Shown here: positions 55,250 through 64,000 of the stretch, one piece after another | Numbering within the stretch: position 1 is the stretch's first letter | Layout: every line of letters starts with the position of its first letter | From: Bugula neritina | Lineage: Eukaryota; Animalia; Bryozoa | Assembly (NCBI GenBank): GCA_964035545.1 | Contig: OZ037773.1 | Span: forward strand, 3,191,751-3,255,750 | Direction of reading: 5' to 3' | Length of the DNA: 64,000 nt | Made by a program: the position numbers and the translations under genes | The notes under the pieces: model-generated | What the model was told of the DNA's origin: nothing | Databases searched by the model: none | The model's input: the letters and a program-made list of their open reading frames with translations, nothing else

Positions 55250-57620
55250 GTAAGGGTTGATTGGAACTATTGTTAAGTTTAACTGAATGAACATGTCAGA
55301 ACAGAGAGACTAGAGGGCTTTGAGAGATGGCATGGAGGAAAGTCAGCGAGCAGAAAGAAATATGATGGCGAGAAGATCCTAGATTATGCAAGAAGTAACG
55401 ATTTGGCACTTCCTAATACTTTCTTTACCAAAACCGATGATAACATCTATACATGCAAAAGTAGTTTAAACCAGACAGTGATTGATTACATCATCATAAA
55501 TATTATGACGAGAAGACTTTACCAATGTGAAAGATTGTAAAGTGATCCTATGTGAACCTATGGCACCACAACACAGGCTCTTAGTGACAGATTACAAAAT
55601 CAAAAAGAGGAAAAATTGTGAGACAGAGGCCAATGCAAATCAGCTGATGAAAAATTAAAGCGAGGGAAGGCGATGAGATGTGGACCAAACAAAGTGAGCT
55701 GAGAAATTTGACATGGGGTGAGACATACCTGAAAATAATTGAAGCAGCGAAGGAGTTACTTGGGTCAGTAGGAGGAAAAAATACATATAAAGAAAGAATC
55801 CTGGTGGTGGAACGCAGAAGTACAAAAAGCAGTGAAAAATAGAACAAGATCCGTTGAAGACAAGGAGATTTTGTAAAGATTGAATAAAATTAGCAAACAA
55901 AAGTGTAATAAATAAGGAGAAAAAATATGAAGACGTGTATAAAGCTTTAGAAGAAAATGGCCCAAAGAAAACTTACAGCTAGGTTAGCAAGAACAAGGAA
56001 GAGGAGATCAAAGGATATACGCTGGATAGTGTTTATTAAAGATGAACAAGCAAAATTAGAAATGAGGAAAAGGACATTAAAGAAAAGTGGACGGAATATT
56101 TTTAAAAAAATACTCAATACCAAAACCAGAACAACGGAAATAATGACAGCTGGAAATGTACAGAGCCAGTTAGGGAACTCTCAGAAGAGAAAGTTACAAA
56201 CCAGTCAGAAAGAATGAAACTAAATGAAGCAAAAAGACCTGATGAGCTCTCCATAGAGATGATTAAGAAACTCAAATGGCACGGGTACAACATGGATAAC
56301 ATCATGTTTTAAAGAAGCAATGAAAAAAGAAACACTCAAAGAGTGGCGAAAAAATAAATCGTCCCCATTTACAAACAAAATGGTGACCCTCTCAGCTGTG
56401 GTAACTACCGAGGTATAAAGTTTCTCAACCACTCTCTCAAACTCTATAAAAAATGATTGAAGCAAGGCTAGGAATTGGTCAGGTTAAAAGACAACCAATA
56501 TGGTTTTCAAAGGGGTAAATCTACTACTGAGCCAATATGTTTTGTCTTTGTATTCTGCAGGAAAAATACAGGGAATTTAATAAAGAACTGCATATAGTGT
56601 TCGTAGACCTGAAAAAGGCTTACGATATCATCCCAAGAGAGCTCATATAGCATTGTTTAAGAAAGTGCTATGTACCGAAGCTTACATATAAATACCATCA
56701 AAGATATGCACAAAGACACAACCACAACAGTAATAACAAGCACAAGAGAAACAGGAGAAGTAAGAGCAGAAGTTGGGCTACACAAGGGCTCATCCCCGAG
56801 CACATTACTTTTTATAATTATAATGGATGTTAACTCAGATGACAATGGCAGAGGCACACCATGGAGCACGCCGTTTGCAGATGATCTGGTACTATGTGAG
56901 GTGAGTAGAAGAAGAAAAGTTAGAAGACTGAAGAAGGCAATTAGAGGATGTCGGTGTAAAAGTCAGCAGATCGAAAACAGTGATGACATCGAATTGGAGG
57001 AATAAGATAGCGATGAACTCAAAAAGTAACATTCAAGTACCTGGGGACTGCAATCCATCAAGAGCAAGGATGCAGGACAGAGATGCAAGCGCATACTGGC
57101 AGAGACTGAGATAAATGAAGGGAGCTGACCAGAATTTTATGTAATCATAAAGTACCAAAGGAATTAAAGGTGCTCATTTACGAGACATTATTAAGACTGG
57201 TGCAACTATACTAAGTGGAAACATGGCTTAGTGACCGAATACCTTGCGGAGAGAGTGAGCGTATGTGAGATGAGAATGCTACCATACTGCCTAGGAATTA
57301 CTTCAGAACAGTACAAAATTAACGAAAGCATAAAGCAAGAAGCGAATGTAATGATTGTGTTAGAACTTATGAAAAGAACAAGCCTGCAGCGATTTGGACA
57401 TATATATGCAGAAGAGAGAAAGAGGATGATATCAGAAAAGTGCATGAGATGAAAGTTACAGGAAAGAGAAACCGGGGACCCCAAAGCAAAGATGGCAGGT
57501 TACAATCAGAGAAGCTTTTCAATCCTCTTTCTTTATTGAAGCGGTCACTCAGGGCAGGGTTAGGTTGAAAAGCCTGATTGAGCTAGCCCTCCCCCCTTGC
57601 AGTCACCTGTTACCCAAATA
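55250..57620 (+). mobile_element. Degenerate non-LTR retrotransposon, RTE-clade-like (APE + RT), many stops and frameshifts
   Basis: Fragments NTFFTK, TVIDYII, PQHRLLV, SWWWNAEVQ, CGNYRGIK, QYGFQRGKSTTEPI, FVDLKKAYD, VGLHKGS, FADDLVL, FKYLG, EMRML, QRFGHI. It interrupts the conserved upstream block of gene F. Boundaries are approximate. Confidence 0.85.
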
Positions 57621-58965
57621 GTGCAGTGTGTCAACTAAAAAACTTCCAACTAAAGACCTGATGCTGTCAGAAGCACATATAGTTTTATAACAGTAAAAGG
57701 CAGCAAGTTCAATATAATATTGTTTACAGAACTCTTACTTATAATATTGTGGTATGTTGAATAAATTAAAATGTTTTCAGTCCACAGAAAGGTTCTATAT
57801 TTCTTGGTATCTTAAAGGTGAAATGAAATAGTATATATTCATAATAAAGAAATCTCAGGCAGTGATATTATATTAGACTTTTGATTGCATGGACTATCTA
57901 AGCAAACAGCATGTGTGACTCCTTCACTAGAACTTCGACACATTCTCTAATAGCACTGTTATCACACATGCTTTCCGACAAACTGCCTTAAAAAATTTGA
58001 TTACTCTGTGAATACTATAACCAATTATCTTATGAGTTATATATATAAAGCATTATATAACTCACATGTTTTCTTCTTGTCACTTCCGCTCTGCAAAATG
58101 TACTAAAGGCATAGATTGTTAGATATGATAAAGTAGCTTTCTGTGAAAAAAGCTCCGCTGCATATATATAGTATTTGTAGACTTGCAGTATTGAAGTAGT
58201 TGGCTATAAGTGTCAGTATAACTAGTCCTAATGACAAACTTATCAACTGTATAATGAATCTACATCTACATCTAGTGTATAGTTACTATACATACTTCCT
58301 GGTTTGAGTACTATTTTATAATTGCAGTGAAAATTACATAAAATTATAATTGCTCTTATCTTATTAACTGATAAGCTTGTAGCATGAAATGAGAGTAACT
58401 GTTTTGTAGAAGACATTACCAGCTGTTATAATGACATCAAAGTTCATATATTATTATACATTGCAAAAGTAATATAGCTAATAGTAGCAGTTGTGAATCA
58501 CGTTTCCTTTTCGTTACTGATGTACACAAGCATTATAGGATTTATAATAAGATTGTATATGTTGTTGCAAACCATAGTTGCTATTTGAATTTATTTTCAT
58601 TGTAGTGAAACTAGTATTACACCACATACCACAAACACCACTGTATATAGCATAAGCTGAATGCTGCTTTGAGAATGTGAACATTTGGAAGTTATCTGCA
58701 TGTTCACTGGTGAAAGCGGCCAGCTGTTTATTATCAGTTTATAGTTTATAATTTAAGCTATAATAACTTAAAATATCTTGTTTATGTGTTAGCTTCTCCT
58801 ACTCATTAAATTTCACTCTTTGTTTAATGTATCAATCGAAACAATATTACTGTAAGAAAGTGCTCAACTATAATATTTATAATAATTAATTGTTGCATTT
58901 TATAGGTCTTCATAGCTATTTAAATACGACATTATTCCATCATATTTTATTATCAATATATATGT

Positions 58966-59001
<36 letters not shown>

Positions 59002-59019
59002 GTATACGTATACGTATAC

Positions 59020-59105
<86 letters not shown>

Positions 59106-59108
59106 CCC

Positions 59109-59192
<84 letters not shown>

Positions 59193-59254
59193 TACATATA
59201 TACATATATACATATATACATATATACATATATACATAATATCTGTTTTCATTA

Positions 59255-61000
59255 ATATATTTTTATTAACTGCAAGGAATTATTTTAATACTATTACTAT
59301 GAATTGTAGGCAACAATAGGAACTTTTACATTATAATATTCAACAAAAAATTAAATATTTGGTAAATTAGAAATTTTCTATTATAGACATAAGCAAACGT
59401 GTTGCTCCAAAAACTTTTGAAAAACTGCTACAATTTTAATATATTATGATATTCTAGAATAGACTATAGATACTATATGTAGTTTATAGGCAAAAGAAAG
59501 TCAAGTCAGTTCTAACATCTGCAGGCGTGTCATATTTTCAAACTGATTTATGTTCAATCCAACAAATTTTGCTACACTTAGCTGTATATTGGATATGTTG
59601 TTGATTTTACGCTAATATATTTACATTACAGTATACAGGACAGTAACACATGCATTAGAATAAAACATAACTTTATATGTAGTCAAATTTAGGATGAATT
59701 TGGCTTTGACGTCAACTTGCTTTTATGAGATTATTTTGAAGAAAATTCTCTTTATTTATTAAATTGTAGCATTTGTTTTTAACTCATTGATCAATTTAGG
59801 CATTTATTCATGTTGTCACATTATTTCAATAACTTGTATTGTTGATACACATTCGTTAGAAATACTCAGAAAGCAAGGATGTTTATTTTTAGTGCAGCTG
59901 GAAGACATCATTAGCTCAGAAGAACTGTTTTAAATATAACCTATTAATTTAGTAGTTTTTTTTCTATCTCTGTTATGATTCATCGTAAGATATCCGATAG
60001 TTTCTAAAATATATATAAAGTTGGTTATGTAATAAAACTTTTAGAAGTATACTAATTAGAATATAATATTTTCATAAAAGTTCTTTTCAGTTTGAAATCC
60101 CAAAGTTTATGCACCCAATCTTAACTTATTTATGACAAATAGAGTTTATCTCTGCCTCATCTTCTCTCTTAAAAAACTATATCCATCATCTCCCTATTCA
60201 TTTACTTATATATACTGTTACTGATATAAAGCTTTTACCTCTTTTTTATTTTAAATTTATTTTCCCTGCTTATAATATCACTCATCTAAACAAAGTCACA
60301 GAGTCACATCTGACAATCTCTCCATTACTACTTTATACACTCTACTCGCTCTTTACTAGTCAGTATATGACAATCATCAACATTGTAGGCTACGCTCTAG
60401 AGTAACCTGTGATTGATATTTAACTGTAAAAAATCATTGTTACATAAATGTGGATTCTATTAGCATATATGTAATGTGATAGTAATAATATATTTATTAG
60501 ATTTATGATAATTATATCAAAATTTTCATGAAACGTTCAACAGCTGATGATGTTTCATCAGCTTTTCTCAAATCATGCTACAGAATACAATTTACATACT
60601 TGGCCCTGTTTCCTTTACGCTGTAGTTATAATTAATTAATTTTATATAAACATATTCTTCTACACAACCTCATGAATTTGTATAATTAAGTGATAAAATC
60701 TATCATCACCTACTGTAACTGCATACTTGTTGCATATTTTCATTAAATATCTCATCATATCATAAAAATTCACCACTACGTCATTCAATAATGTATCACT
60801 TTATGAAAAGTGTTAATGCAAATGATTTAACAGACTACAAGTTATAGGCCTGAGTTACAGACTGATCCCCTTATTTTTTAAAATGAATATATAATATGCA
60901 TACTTATTGGAGTTATTTTTCCTTTCACAGTGTACAGTAGTTCTTAGTATTATTCCATAAATACTAGCTATATAGCCAAGCAACAAGGAAGTTAAGTATA
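59255..61000 (+). repeat. Inverted copy of receptor 3'-flank/intergenic sequence
   Basis: 59290-59330 is the reverse complement of ~4895-4930. 59990-60300 matches ~35945-36490 without the SINE. 60930-61000 matches ~44840-44905. Confidence 0.8.
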
Positions 61001-61768
61001 TACATTACTTACCAAATTCAACTTATATGTAGAGATTATAGCTATATAGGTGGTTTACAGGAAACATGTTATAAGTTTATAGTATCTATTATCTCTTATC
61101 TATTAAAATAATGCCTATAAGATATGCTATATGGCAAAATATCAAGTTCTACTTCATGATATTGTATCTTCCAACTATTATCAATTATTTATAGAACATT
61201 ATCCTTGAATAAGAAAATGAAATAGCAAATACATACTATATATGTAAAGGAAAACATTGCTGTAACATATGATTTAATAACTTTCTAGCTATTGTATTCA
61301 GGGCAATTCAGAACAATTCAGCAATCAGTCATTCAACGAGACCTCCGGAACATTAAATTAATACAATAATGAACTATTTATATATATTATATAGCTATCA
61401 TCACAAGATTCTTTAAAATTTATTTGAATACAACAATTGCTGAATAAAAATAATATGAAGAAAGTGTTAGATTAATAATTATTTCCTAATGATGGAAGTT
61501 GATAGCCAATATTAACTCAAAGCTGCACGCATTACCCTGGATCTAGAAAACATATATAAGTAGTGAATCTTATACTATACTTATATTACTTACTCACAGC
61601 AACTGTGTAAATTATAACTTACAATTGGTAAACACAAAGAAGGTGAGGAATTACATTTATTTTCACTCATTAACAAATATTACTATAGTTCTATTTATGG
61701 TATTTGCCATCTATAGCAGATATGATTTTTATATTGTTGATCTTACAGTGTATTTTTGAAGATCAAAT

Positions 61769-62501
61769 ATGAAAGTCCTTACAGTACTTTTATTTGCCAT
61801 GATTGCCTTGAGTGCATTGGGTAAGTTAGAAATAGTTACATGATATACTTTTTGCTTCATTATAAAGATTTTTTTACATTATATAGTTGAATTATCTGCA
61901 ATTAAGTTCTGCATAATTATGCTAAAGCGTAATATAAATAAATGCAACATAAGCATTTCAAAGTGTAGTTTCTTATATAGGAACTTGTTAGAAATTTCTA
62001 ACAAGGCTTTGTTCTTTTCATCATTACTTGAAATCGTGATAGATTGGTGAAATGATGAGTGATTTTATTCTTGTATCCATGTTTCAACAAGTTTGCATTT
62101 ACTTTTGATTAAATAAAGTCAGGAAAAACTGCAGCATAATAGTTATTTAAGTTTTCTATTGCATTATATTGTATGAAAAGCTGTTATAGCAGTTGATCAC
62201 AGCGATTTAATAGTATTTTATGTGTGCATGTATTTGCTGACTACTCATGTAAAATTTGAGACAATACCATAATAACTCATTGCATAAAAAGTATAATAAA
62301 TCCAATAAACTTGTTATAATTATATGCTGTTGAAGTAGAAATTGACTATAATTATAATAATATTCCATAATATCATTTACAACTTCAGTAGCAGTGAGTG
62401 GCTACAAAATTCCTAGAGCCTACCAGGAATGCAGAGAGAAATGTGCAAAGAAAGGGAAGACAAAATCTTATCTCTATAAAGGGGCTTGTATATGCATCTG
62501 A
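61769..62501 (+). CDS. Small secreted cationic cysteine-rich (CSab/defensin-like) peptide, 54 aa
   Basis: Exon 61769-61820 (MKVLTVLLFAMIALSAL, donor G|GTAAGT) plus exon 62389-62501 (acceptor CTTCAG; VAVSGYKIPRAYQECREKCAKKGKTKSYLYKGACICI*). Features are a signal peptide, a phase-1 intron, CxxxC...CxC and net charge about +7. There is a TATA-like CATATATAAG at 61551 and a likely 5'UTR intron at 61643-61748. Confidence 0.8.
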
Positions 62502-64000
62502 CTGCATATATTATAGGTATATTATAGTGCTTTCACTTTACCAAACTTGTTATTGAATAGAAATGCACTACTTTTGTCATTATTGGGATTCTAATAGTTG
62601 TTTTATGAATTTACATGTTAGTATAAATAAATTTGTATGTATATATTTTTATTTTTTCCACAATACAACAAATGATGCATTTAAAACCATTTGTGTTTTG
62701 TTTCAAATACAACTTTATTATTATTTCAAAAGATTAGAAGTCATTGATGCGTATTTAGATTTGAGTTGAATTATGATTTTTTTTCTCAATAACTTCAAAT
62801 AATTGGTCAATTCAGTGCAGTGTGCAGTGTGCAGATGCACTGTGCAATTTATTTTAATAAATTTCCCTAAAAGAAAAATATATTTGATATAAAAATTTAA
62901 ACTTCATTTATATATATAGCTGCAGCTGTATGCAATTTTTAATCAGCAATTAAAAGCAGTCTAAAATATCACAACTTAAAAAGACAAAACGACATTTTCT
63001 TTTATTTAGCAGTTTAATCAGCACTTAACAAGTAATTGCATATTTATGCAAATACTATAAAAAAGTAAATCATGATTTGATATAATATTACTCTTAAATA
63101 CTGCTGTAGCGTACAAGTCTCGAAATAAAATGACACTTGTTCCATACACAGATAATGATAATTCCACATATATAGGGACAAAAGAGAACATATAACTTGT
63201 TGTGTATATATATAAGCAAGAGTTAATAAATTGGCAAAACAAGTATTTCTCTAATAAAATCTGCTGTATCATTACTACAACCCACAGGAGCTGAAGAAAG
63301 GTTTATTTAGTTTTTAGCTAACTCCCTATTAAATATTGAATAAAACAATCTGTAGCAACAAAGCCTGTGACTTTTCTACTATCATAACTTACAAGAAAGT
63401 TTTCAAAAGTTGTTTATATTATTTCCATTTATAAAATTGTACATATATTCATTGAGTATATATAACAATAAGATTGAACATAATATAATAATATATAGCC
63501 TACTGCATAATTTAGTAAACACACTATAAACACTTAATAATGTTGCTCAAATATTCTGACTATATTCTAGAAGGCCTTTTTATAGACTTAGTAGCAATGA
63601 CTCATGGCTACTAAATTCCTAAAGCATATATCTCAAATGCAAAGAGAAATACACTATAATATAACAAAGGGTCCTTATATAAAGGTATCTCTGTATATAT
63701 TTATCACTACATATGTATATAACTCTTTGACTCTTTACCTAATTTTTTTATATTTTGTAGTTTTATCAGTTTAGTGTTTCTAAAAAAGACTATAAACTCA
63801 TAACTGCTAGTGAATAAATCTGTATGGTGTTTTGTATATGATCTACAATATGACAAGTGATTCTTTTAAAGCATGTTGATTGGTTGGTTTACAGACTTTT
63901 TTTAATGTTTCTAAAATTGCTTGTGTTAGTTAATTTTAGTTAAATTATATGATGACTTTTATTTAAAGAAATTCGCTGCTCATAATGCTAATACAATGAG

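Overview
AT-rich, intron-containing eukaryotic DNA, most likely from an invertebrate animal; the taxon cannot be determined from the sequence. Most of the window is a tandem array of minus-strand, multi-exon genes for Ig-superfamily type-I membrane receptors, which I reconstructed by hand from GT-AG boundaries. Four look intact (A 5019-10000, B 14853-20451, D 37482-42296, F 51310-54776) and two are damaged (C 31311-35736, E ~48190-49365). The upstream region of a further copy begins at base 1. All internal coding exons are phase 1-1 modules: a V-like domain (414 nt), a split C2-like domain (111+141 nt), a C2/I domain (231 nt) and a stalk+TM exon. Ectodomains therefore differ in domain number. 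Cytoplasmic tails carry 1, 4, 4, 7 or 8 copies of a 13-aa tyrosine motif (SxYxxL / YxxM). The ORF track misses a second family: small secreted cationic CxxxC...CxC (CSab/defensin-like) peptide genes with two coding exons. One lies ~1.15-1.26 kb downstream of each of receptors A, B and C, and an apparently intact, divergent copy lies at 61769-62501. The duplicated unit is thus a receptor + peptide cassette. Mobile DNA comprises three Penelope-like elements with five hammerhead ribozymes stacked in (TA)n within a peptide-gene intron, a degenerate RTE-clade LINE, a tRNA-derived SINE with a 20-bp TSD and a solo LTR. All gene models are sequence-only predictions with no expression evidence.
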